This document shows, one piece after another, positions 8,878 through 16,823 of a stretch of 18,911 nt of DNA. This DNA comes from an uncultured archaeon (GTDB taxonomy: Archaea > Asgardarchaeota > Lokiarchaeia > Sigyniarchaeales > SOKP01), in NCBI GenBank assembly GCA_964388035.1, contig CAYLZE010000099.1, positions 1 to 18,911 on the forward strand, given 5' to 3'. The notes under the pieces are model-generated. The model was not told the DNA's origin, ran no database searches, and saw only the letters and a program-made list of their open reading frames with translations. Made by a program: the position numbers and the translations under genes. Positions within the stretch are counted from its first letter, which is position 1. Every line of letters starts with the position of its first letter.

Positions 8878-9873
8878 ATGGAAGAAGTAAAAATCAATGA
8901 ATTAGCCCTAAACCTCGTTAAAGGTATAATGGTCAACCCTATCCATTATGGTGCTAAAATTATTAAATTAAATTCGGGTGCAACTGTCATAGATATGACT
9001 AATGCGGGTTGGAAGGGAGGAAAGCTAGTGGGTGAGATTTGCATGGGGGGATTAGGAAATGTAGAATTTACATCATATAAATTAGACGAACATTATCTTC
9101 CTGCCGTGAACGTCTATACCTCTCATCCCGTTATTTCCTGCATGGCGTCACAATTGGCAGGATGGAGTGTAAAACTTAAAAAAGATGTCGAAAAAGATGG
9201 AAAAGTTAAGAATAAAGTAGTTTTCCAATCTTTAGGCTCTGGACCTGCTCGAGCTAAGGCAAGAAAGGAAAAATTGTTTGAGGAATTAACGTACGTGGAT
9301 AGTTCAAATTGTGCCGTTATAGTATTCGAAACCAGACAAATGCCTGATGAAGAAGTCATGCAAATAGTTACAGAAAAGTGTAATGTAGCTCCTGAAAATA
9401 CCTATGCAGTTTGTGCTCCTACGGCATGTTTGACCGGGTCAATTCAAGTTGCTGCCCGAATTGTTGAAACGGGTATTCATAAACTTCATGAAATTCATTT
9501 TCCTCTTGAAGTTTTAAAAGAGGGATTTGGTACCACCACGATTGCTCCAATTGCCAAGGATGATTTTGCTGCCATGGGTACGACAAATGATTCCATCATC
9601 GCTGCAGGTTCGACTTTTTATATTATCAACGTTGATAAGGAAAAAGAACAAGAGATATTTGAATTGCTGAAAAAAGCACCCTCTAACCAATCCCCGAGTT
9701 ATGGAAAACCATTTAACGTTATCTTCAAGGAAGCGGAGTATGATTTCTATAAAATTGATCCTGGATTATTTGCTCCCGCAACTTATACTATAAACAACAT
9801 GAAAACGGGAAAATCTATAACCGTGGGAAAGCTAAACCATGAATTATTGAAAAATTCTTATGGATTCAATTAA
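8878..9873 (+). CDS. mch: Methenyl-H4MPT cyclohydrolase
   Basis: GATVID, EICMGGLG, CMASQLAGW, GSGPARA, APTACLTGSIQVAARIVETGIHK, AMGTTND, DFYKIDPGLFAPA; GGTGA SD motif 4 nt before the ATG. Confidence 0.97.
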   Translation: MEEVKINELALNLVKGIMVNPIHYGAKIIKLNSGATVIDMTNAGWKGGKLVGEICMGGLGNVEFTSYKLDEHYLPAVNVYTSHPVISCMASQLAGWSVKLKKDVEKDGKVKNKVVFQSLGSGPARAKARKEKLFEELTYVDSSNCAVIVFETRQMPDEEVMQIVTEKCNVAPENTYAVCAPTACLTGSIQVAARIVETGIHKLHEIHFPLEVLKEGFGTTTIAPIAKDDFAAMGTTNDSIIAAGSTFYIINVDKEKEQEIFELLKKAPSNQSPSYGKPFNVIFKEAEYDFYKIDPGLFAPATYTINNMKTGKSITVGKLNHELLKNSYGFN

Positions 9874-9936
9874 AATTTCTATTTTTTTTATATCTAAATA
9901 AATCTATTAGGAGTGCTATTAAACGTAAAAGATGTA

Positions 9937-11022
9937 TTAGATATTTGTCAATTCATCTTGATATTTTAAAATCTCCGTGATTGGGATGTCTCTATCAAAT
10001 TCAATATTCATTTGAATTCCTAAATAAGCACATGCTAATTTTGCAGCTGCGGCGATTTCGGCTTTCTTTAAAGTAACTGAATACTCATCGCCAGAAGGTT
10101 CATTATTCTGACCGATATCTTGATTTATATAACTCTTATTAACGGAACCTCCTTGAGTTGTATTTTTAAATTTATTTTCTTGCACTTGAATTGCTCTTTC
10201 TGATTTCATTTTAGAAAGAAGCGATGCCATTTTATCTGCGACGTTAAAAGGCAATTGATTTTTAGTCACAACTCTGATGATATTATTCACATCGAAATAA
10301 TTTAATGTTTTATATTTAGCACGTAAGAAACCTTTGAGATTCTCAGAATCCTTTTCACACTCAATTTGGATCCAATCATGAATCGCTAAGCCACGCCTAA
10401 AAAAGATTAATTCCCAATCAATTCCTAATTCTTTTAAGAATTTTAGAAAATTATCATCTTCTTGTTCTCGAGAAGCGATAATTAGATAAAGCTGAAGTCC
10501 ATAATATTTATGTTCTTGTTGTAGAAATAAACCCCTTTGCTGCATTGAGGCTAATATTTTCAATTTAATAGATAAGATATTCTCAGAAACACTTTCCCTG
10601 CCACAATTTAAATAAATTACGTTCCCTTCCTCGTTAATATATTTGGCATTTAAAAAACCTAAGATACTTTCATTATTTTCTTCAACAAATTCCATTAAAC
10701 CGCTCAATGTGGGAGTTACATCAAACTTAATTAAATCGCTTTTTTCGATAGTCACATAATCTGATATACCTCCCCCAATCGCTAACTTTATTGTCTTTAA
10801 TTTAAGTTCTTTATCAATACCAAACAGCTTTTTGATACTTTCATTAATTGGGAATACTTCCTCCTCCAAGATCTTAAGATCTGCAATAGTTATCTCATAG
10901 GGATCTGGAATTTTGGTCAATTTATTAATGATAGGTGCTTCCGAGGCATCTACCTCTACTTCATAGGGTTTGGATAAATCTTTACGAATGATACAATAAA
11001 ATCTATCCTTTTTCTTATACAT
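9937..11022 (-). CDS. Hypothetical soluble protein (361 aa; possibly 391 aa from ATT at 11112)
   Basis: Long ORF in AT-rich DNA with globular composition; no family recognised. Frame stays open upstream to 11148. Confidence 0.75.
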   Translation of the reverse strand: MYKKKDRFYCIIRKDLSKPYEVEVDASEAPIINKLTKIPDPYEITIADLKILEEEVFPINESIKKLFGIDKELKLKTIKLAIGGGISDYVTIEKSDLIKFDVTPTLSGLMEFVEENNESILGFLNAKYINEEGNVIYLNCGRESVSENILSIKLKILASMQQRGLFLQQEHKYYGLQLYLIIASREQEDDNFLKFLKELGIDWELIFFRRGLAIHDWIQIECEKDSENLKGFLRAKYKTLNYFDVNNIIRVVTKNQLPFNVADKMASLLSKMKSERAIQVQENKFKNTTQGGSVNKSYINQDIGQNNEPSGDEYSVTLKKAEIAAAAKLACAYLGIQMNIEFDRDIPITEILKYQDELTNI

Positions 11023-11412
11023 TGATAAGGAAGTATTTTCACTAACCGCAGCTCTGAATAATTCCGTTGACTTACTTTCCGTATCGTTTGAAGATATCCT
11101 TCTTCTTTGAATATTTATCCACTTAACCAGGTATTTGAAAATATAAGTTTACTAATTTATATAAAAAAATTTTCTCTTAAATTCTTATCTATAAAGGGAT
11201 TATTAAGATTTATGATTTCAATTTATAACCGCTTAAATTAACATTTTTTCCTTTATCATGAAAAAAGTCCTCATATTTAACCCTTTTGATTTTAAGAAAC
11301 ATATCACGGATAAAAAATGAATTGCTTTTTAACCATCTAACTTGGATGGTCAAAGATTTTGAAAAGAGGTTTATTTTAAAATAAGTAATATAAGTAATAA
11401 AAAATTAAAGTT

Positions 11413-11589
11413 TTAAAGTTCCTCTTCTAGAAAATAATCTTCGTCCTTTTTTATATAAGTTATAGTCGAACCAAAATTATTAATAACTATATATTTATCT
11501 CCCTCTACTTCTACTAAATCTAAGGAATAGGGTAACCTTCTTTTCTTTATAATATCTTGGATAATTTTCCTTTTCTCTGTTTCTTCCAT
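11413..11589 (-). CDS. Small hypothetical protein, 58 aa (not in the ORF track)
   Basis: Manual translation: MEETEKRKIIQDIIKKRRLPYSLDLVEVEGDKYIVINNFGSTITYIKKDEDYFLEEEL*. Protein-like composition; TATA-like TTTTAAAA 28-35 nt upstream of the ATG. Confidence 0.75.
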   Translation of the reverse strand: MEETEKRKIIQDIIKKRRLPYSLDLVEVEGDKYIVINNFGSTITYIKKDEDYFLEEEL

Positions 11590-11613
11590 GATAATTCAAT
11601 TACAAGAATCCTT

Positions 11614-11627
11614 ATCTTTTAAAAGAT
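11614..11627 (-). promoter_or_regulatory. Putative TATA box inside the perfect palindrome ATCTTTTAAAAGAT, serving the 58-aa gene
   Basis: TTTTAAAA at 11617-11624 lies at the spacing expected for an archaeal leaderless or short-leader transcript starting near ATG 11589. Confidence 0.4.
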
Positions 11628-12127
11628 TTGGTTCCAAAAAAAATTTCCTACTAATAAATAATTATTCTCTATTTCTAATTTTTTCCAAATCTTGCTAAAG
11701 AGCCGAACATATTCCATGATTTTCTTTAAGTGTGAAATTGATAAATATTCAAGAATAAGTTCTATCAAGGATTATTTTTTTAAACCAAATTTAATAAAAA
11801 ATAATCATTCCATAAACGTTTCTCTCCATTTTTATAATCATATAGATTAATATATAGCTATTTGAATTCCAAATACTTGTAATAGAATTGCTTGAACCTA
11901 TAATTCTCTCTTTAGATCTACAATTATAATATAAATTCATAAAAAATTTAATAAGATTTTATTAAGAATGCTTTAGATTTTTAATAAATGTCTGGCTTTT
12001 TTAATAAAACGATTATTTATACAAAGTAACTATATCTTGAATTTTGATATCAAAAATTTGACTCCTTAAGTTTTTAATATAATCTTATTTGTGTTTCACT
12101 TATAAACCATTTAAAGAATGAATTTAC

Positions 12128-13375
12128 ATGGCTAAACAAGTTCTTAACATTGGATTCTTTTCTTGCATGTATTCACAAATTAATGGAACGGCACATTCTG
12201 TTAGATTTTTAAGTGAAGCAATTGCTAGAACGGGGCATAACGTTCACGTGTTCGCCCCAAGAATTGAAAATGGATATAAAATTCCCAAAAATTTATATTT
12301 TCATGAATTAGGAGGCGCCCGAATATCCAAGGATACCGGGTTTATTCTAAGTTTACCGCTTCATAAGTTTTTCTTTTGCCAAGAAGATTATCTTGATATT
12401 GCTCATATTCATACTCATGCCACCATTGGTTCCATGGCAATTAATTGGGCTAAGTTCCTGGGAATACCGATGGTAGGTACTCATAATAGTCCCATGTCTT
12501 TTTATACGGCACAATACGTTCCCCTTTTAGGCAATTATCTTGCAAAGAGTGATTTAATTTGGCGATATGAACGGCACGTAATCGATAAATATGATTTGGT
12601 TCATGTAGCCACGAAATCGAAAAAAGAACTATTGCGAGAAAAAAAGTGTAAAGAGCCAATAATTTGTCTTACCAATGGGATTCATGACTATTACTTTCAA
12701 AATGTCAAAAAAAACGGGATCCTTGCTAAATATGATTTAGAAGATAAAAAGATTTTGTTGAGCGCCGCCCGATTATCCCCGGAGAAGCATCCTTTAGCTC
12801 TGATAAAATCCTTTAAAAATATTCATAAAAGAGATCCGGATGCTCATTTTGTTTTAGTAGGCAATTCTGGCCCCTCTACGCTAGTCGTGCAAAAATATAT
12901 TAAAAGTTTTCATCTCCAAGATTATGTATCCTATTTGGGGAGGGTGCCTTTTGAGGATTTATTGAAACTTTATAATGCAGCGGATTTGACATGCTTATGG
13001 AGTTGGGTAGAAGCGGAAGGATTAGTTCTTATTGAAGCAATGGCTCAAGGTACTCCCAATGTTGGTGCTAATGGGTATGGGATTCGTGATGTTATTCGAC
13101 ATGGCGAAACGGGATATCTGGCGAATAATTTAAATGAATTTGAAAATTATGTTGTAAATTTATTAAAGGATGACGATTTACGACAACAATTTGGAGCAAA
13201 TGCGAAAAAGGCAGCAGCACAATATAAAGTAAGTGAGGTCGCCAAGACTTGGGTTAAGTTATATAAGTTTGTCATTAATGAACTTTATCCAATGCGTTAT
13301 TATAGACGTGATAGGAAAGATCGTGTAAATTTAGTTAAAGATTTTATCCAACGGTTACCTAATGTACAATTTTGA
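12128..13375 (+). CDS. Glycosyltransferase family 4 (GT-B), resembling monoglycosyl-lipid synthases
   Basis: YSQINGTAHSV, GHNVHVFAP, DIAHIHT, GTHNS, RLSPEKH, EAEGLVLIEAMAQGTP (E-x7-E), DVIRHGETGYL. Confidence 0.9.
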   Translation: MAKQVLNIGFFSCMYSQINGTAHSVRFLSEAIARTGHNVHVFAPRIENGYKIPKNLYFHELGGARISKDTGFILSLPLHKFFFCQEDYLDIAHIHTHATIGSMAINWAKFLGIPMVGTHNSPMSFYTAQYVPLLGNYLAKSDLIWRYERHVIDKYDLVHVATKSKKELLREKKCKEPIICLTNGIHDYYFQNVKKNGILAKYDLEDKKILLSAARLSPEKHPLALIKSFKNIHKRDPDAHFVLVGNSGPSTLVVQKYIKSFHLQDYVSYLGRVPFEDLLKLYNAADLTCLWSWVEAEGLVLIEAMAQGTPNVGANGYGIRDVIRHGETGYLANNLNEFENYVVNLLKDDDLRQQFGANAKKAAAQYKVSEVAKTWVKLYKFVINELYPMRYYRRDRKDRVNLVKDFIQRLPNVQF

Positions 13376-13389
13376 ATTAATTGGAACAA

Positions 13390-14172
13390 TTAAATATTAA
13401 ACTCTTTTTTAATACCATTCAATTTCTCAGCACATTTATTGCATAAATGGATGGATTTATTATCGATATCATCTACTATTTTTGAAGATTTCATCACGCA
13501 GGAATTTTCTTCACAATGTTCATGTCCCAGAATAAGATGACCTATTTCATGTATTATCTCCTTAGTGATTCTTTGCTCTAGAATGTGATTATTCTCTTCT
13601 CTGTTATAAAACCCTTCTTTTAATTTCAGAGTTGAAATGATGCAACAATCGTGCATTAAATGCGCTTCTCCAAATAAAAAATAAATATCATTATGATTAC
13701 TGGAATAAAGAGGTAAAGAAGTAATTGCTGCGATCATATCCAGGTTATTTTCAATACGTTTATCAATTAGAAGTTGGTAGAATTTATTTGTGGGGTGAAG
13801 ATTGAACTTTCTCTCAGTTTGAGTATGGGCACTTTTCTCGGTCTTGGTTCCTTTTTTTAACATGGCTTTTGAAAAATTATAAGATCCGAGATTTTGAATG
13901 TTATATAAGAAGGTACCAAAAATTTTATTCAATTTATCAGAAATTGCATCAAATAATTCATGATTTAAATCTTGTTCGCAAAATAAAATTCCGAGATGGC
14001 AAGGAAATACGAGTTTCTGTTTATCAGGTAAATCTTCTAGTTGAAATTCTTTATCACTATATATTCCTACACGATACACTAAGCTTGACAATTTTTGTCT
14101 GAATTTAATATTCGAAAGTTTTGATCTATACTTTCGAATCTTCTTTTCCAAACGTTTATATTTAGAAGCCAT
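13390..14172 (-). CDS. Archaemetzincin-like zinc metalloprotease (peptidase M54)
   Basis: FLFGEA, ISTLKL, RITKEIIHEIGHLILGHEHC, Met-turn CVM, terminal LCNKC completing the Cys4 site; basic N-terminal extension. Confidence 0.88.
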   Translation of the reverse strand: MASKYKRLEKKIRKYRSKLSNIKFRQKLSSLVYRVGIYSDKEFQLEDLPDKQKLVFPCHLGILFCEQDLNHELFDAISDKLNKIFGTFLYNIQNLGSYNFSKAMLKKGTKTEKSAHTQTERKFNLHPTNKFYQLLIDKRIENNLDMIAAITSLPLYSSNHNDIYFLFGEAHLMHDCCIISTLKLKEGFYNREENNHILEQRITKEIIHEIGHLILGHEHCEENSCVMKSSKIVDDIDNKSIHLCNKCAEKLNGIKKEFNI

Positions 14173-14393
14173 TTAATTGGAAATTATTTTCGTATTTAGT
14201 GAAATATTACTAGCGAAAATTTATTTTTTTAGTCTTTAACTTATAAATGTAGGGAGCATTTTTAATTTTGTTTAGAATTTTGTCACGAAAGAAGGGATAG
14301 ATAAAACATAAACCGTAAGTTTAATAATTATACCTATTTATGATAATTTAAAATTAATTAAGATTCTAATCACCAAAATTTCTTATTTCAGCT

Positions 14394-15452
14394 ATGTCTA
14401 ATAACCCTGAAAGCAAAGATAAAAACTCCAAGGATGCAGAACATGGGCATAAAACCATTCAAGGACCCAATAATGAAAAGCAAATGGTAGAAAAATCTGG
14501 TGTGCCAAATTTCTTTCCTACGTATCGAGTAAAACGCAATATATATCCGTTACCTATTTTAATTGTCGTTGTTTTTGCAGGAATTCTGGCTTATCTAACT
14601 TACGTGCAGGCGGGAATACAAATTGATGCGGGATATGTTTCTGAACAACAATATGGCGCGACCGCAGGATTATTAAATGGACTAATCTTCGTTTCCTTTG
14701 CTGCTATTTCTTCCTTCATTATTATTTTTCTGATTAGAAAGGGCGGGATAAATGTCTTAAAATATATCTTTGGGTTTAGCTTTGGCTTCTTATGTTTTTT
14801 CTTGACCTTGTTTTTTGGAGATATAATTCTTTATCTCAGCTTCTATAATTTACCCTCTACAGAATTCATCTACAATCTATATAATACCCTTTTTTACTTA
14901 ATGTTTGCATTTATCATAGGATATACTATTGTCATGCTTTACAAATACTTCACTGCAAAAACATATCGCGTCAAAAATTTCTTTGTACTTTACGTTAGTT
15001 TATTGACAGGAGCCTTACTTGGCGTGAGTATGCCTTTATGGACCACTCTCGCTATTTTAATAGGAATTTCTTTATGGGATATTTACGCTGTTAAATCAAA
15101 AAAGGGGCCAATACGCAAGATGATGGATATCGTGACATCTGAATATGACGGTGAATTATCAGAAGAAGAAATCAAGCAAAAAATCAAATCGGGAGAAATT
15201 GAATATGATAGCTCACAGTTAGAAATTGGAATCGGAGATCTCACTTTTTATAGCATGCTTACTTCCAGTGCTTTAATTCAAAGTGATAGTCTAATTGTAA
15301 TGATATTAACTGCAATTGCGATAATAATTGGAACAGGTATCACGATTTCTGGTTTGAAGCGTAATAAAATATTGCCCGGGTTACCCATTTCCATATTTTT
15401 AGGGATTGGAACGATGCTACTATCTTGGTATATCCTCCTAACTTTTTTCTAA
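14394..15452 (+). CDS. Presenilin-family GxGD intramembrane aspartyl protease (peptidase A22)
   Basis: About nine hydrophobic segments; ISLWDIYAV (Asp229), [12 protein letters not shown] (Asp282), [11 protein letters not shown] (PAL-equivalent). Confidence 0.92.
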   Translation: [352 protein letters not shown]

Positions 15453-15546
15453 TTCTTTAGCTTTTATGGGACAGAATTAAATTTTTTTTAAGTTCAACTT
15501 TTTGTTATTTAACATCATGAAGAGTTATAACAAGAAATGAAAAAAA

Positions 15547-16737
15547 ATGACCGAGCTCTCTAATATTAAAATCATCACTGTCATTGGAGCGGGAACCATG
15601 GGCCGTGAAATTGCCCAAGTAGCTCTCATGGCGGGATTTGAGAATGTATTTTTGAATGATATCTCCCAAGAAGCGTTAAAAAATGCTCAAAAGTATATTG
15701 AAAATGGGATTAAAAAAATTGAAGGAAAGGGTAAGTTATCTCCCTCATTGAATACCGATTTATTAATGAAAAGGTTAATTCTCGAGCAGGATCTGAAAAA
15801 AGCTGTTGATGAAACTGATTTTATCATAGAAGCGATTCCTGAAAAAATGTCTTTAAAACAGGATTTATTTGAAAAATTAGGAAAACTGGCCCCAGCTCAC
15901 TCAATTTTAGCAACAAATACATCTACCATGAGCATAACAAAAATTGCAGAAAAGTGTAGTAGACCTCACAAATTAGTTGGAATGCATTTTTTCATTCCCA
16001 TTCCTCTGTTGAGGTTAATTGAAGTTACTAAAGGTGAAAAAACGTCGGAAGAAACCATGAATATCGCCATTGCTGTTGGTGAAAAATTTCCTGCTCTTAA
16101 GGGAAAAAGGATATGTGCTCGAATCGAAAAGGAAAGTCCGGGGTTCATTGCAAATCGAGTCATGATTCCCACCAGCGTGTATATTGGCTGGCTTCTCGAT
16201 AAAGCACAGGAAAAAGGAATTCCTCTCAGAAATGTCGATGCCGACGTTGATTCTTTGCAAGGACTCGGACCATGTGCGAAATGGGATTATTTGGGCTTAG
16301 ATGTTCAACTAAATGTTTTAAAATATTTTGAAAAAACTCTTTCACGAGATTTTACCCCAGGAAAAGTTTTAGTGAAATTTGTTCAAGATGGGAATCTAGG
16401 AAGAAAGACGGGCAAGGGAATTTATGAATGGACCGAAGATGGTAAAATTAAAAATCCACCAACACAGAAGGCTAATCTTTTTGATATAGATTTAAACATG
16501 GCATTAATGCTTAATGAAGGTTGTAGGTTATTGGAGGAAGAGATTGTATCGGGATATAAAGAAATAGATGATGTGATTTTAGCAGCTTATGACATTCCCG
16601 GTCCTTTTGGTCCTGGGAAAAAGAATTTTGAAGAATGGTGTAAAAAGCTAGAAAACTTCGTAAAGGAATCAGGAAAAAGTTACTTCTTGCCATGTGAATT
16701 GATGAAATCGGGAACTTTTAGAAAACTTCGGAAATAA
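15547..16737 (+). CDS. 3-hydroxyacyl-CoA dehydrogenase family protein (NAD-binding domain plus two C-terminal dimerisation-type domains)
   Basis: VIGAGTMG, IIEAIPE, LATNTS, GMHFF, LIEV, PGFIANRV, LGRKTGKGIYEW, then second unit LNEGCRLLEEEIVSGYKEIDD..PGPF. No enoyl-CoA hydratase domain. Confidence 0.92.
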   Translation: MTELSNIKIITVIGAGTMGREIAQVALMAGFENVFLNDISQEALKNAQKYIENGIKKIEGKGKLSPSLNTDLLMKRLILEQDLKKAVDETDFIIEAIPEKMSLKQDLFEKLGKLAPAHSILATNTSTMSITKIAEKCSRPHKLVGMHFFIPIPLLRLIEVTKGEKTSEETMNIAIAVGEKFPALKGKRICARIEKESPGFIANRVMIPTSVYIGWLLDKAQEKGIPLRNVDADVDSLQGLGPCAKWDYLGLDVQLNVLKYFEKTLSRDFTPGKVLVKFVQDGNLGRKTGKGIYEWTEDGKIKNPPTQKANLFDIDLNMALMLNEGCRLLEEEIVSGYKEIDDVILAAYDIPGPFGPGKKNFEEWCKKLENFVKESGKSYFLPCELMKSGTFRKLRK

Positions 16738-16823
16738 TGATAAAAACGGAAGAGATACCATTTAACCCTATAAATTATTTAAATTTATGATTTTTTAGAG
16801 TTGAATAAGAATTGGATAAGAAA

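Noticed and set aside
737-9873. Reading ftr/mtd/mch as evidence of methanogenesis
   Set aside because: These genes also occur in non-methanogens; no mcr or mtr is in the window, and the other genes point to an Asgard heterotroph/acetogen-type organism.
11381-11398. Tandem ATAAGTAAT x2
   Set aside because: Only two AT-rich copies; likely slippage or part of a U-rich terminator region on the minus strand.
11619-11768. 49-codon minus-strand TTG ORF (MIELILEYLSISHLKKIMEYVRLFSKIWKK...)
   Set aside because: No clear SD, AT-driven composition, and it ends inside the putative promoter of the 58-aa gene; insufficient support.
12042-12055. Perfect palindrome TTTTGATATCAAAA upstream of the GT4 gene
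   Set aside because: Could be an operator, but it is single-copy and AT-rich with no supporting evidence.
11149-12127. Long AT-rich gap considered as ncRNA, replication origin, IS scar or recoded (Sec/readthrough) gene
   Set aside because: No tRNA fold, ORB-like G-string repeats, terminal inverted repeats or long TGA-interrupted frame seen; partly explained by the 58-aa gene and divergent promoters.
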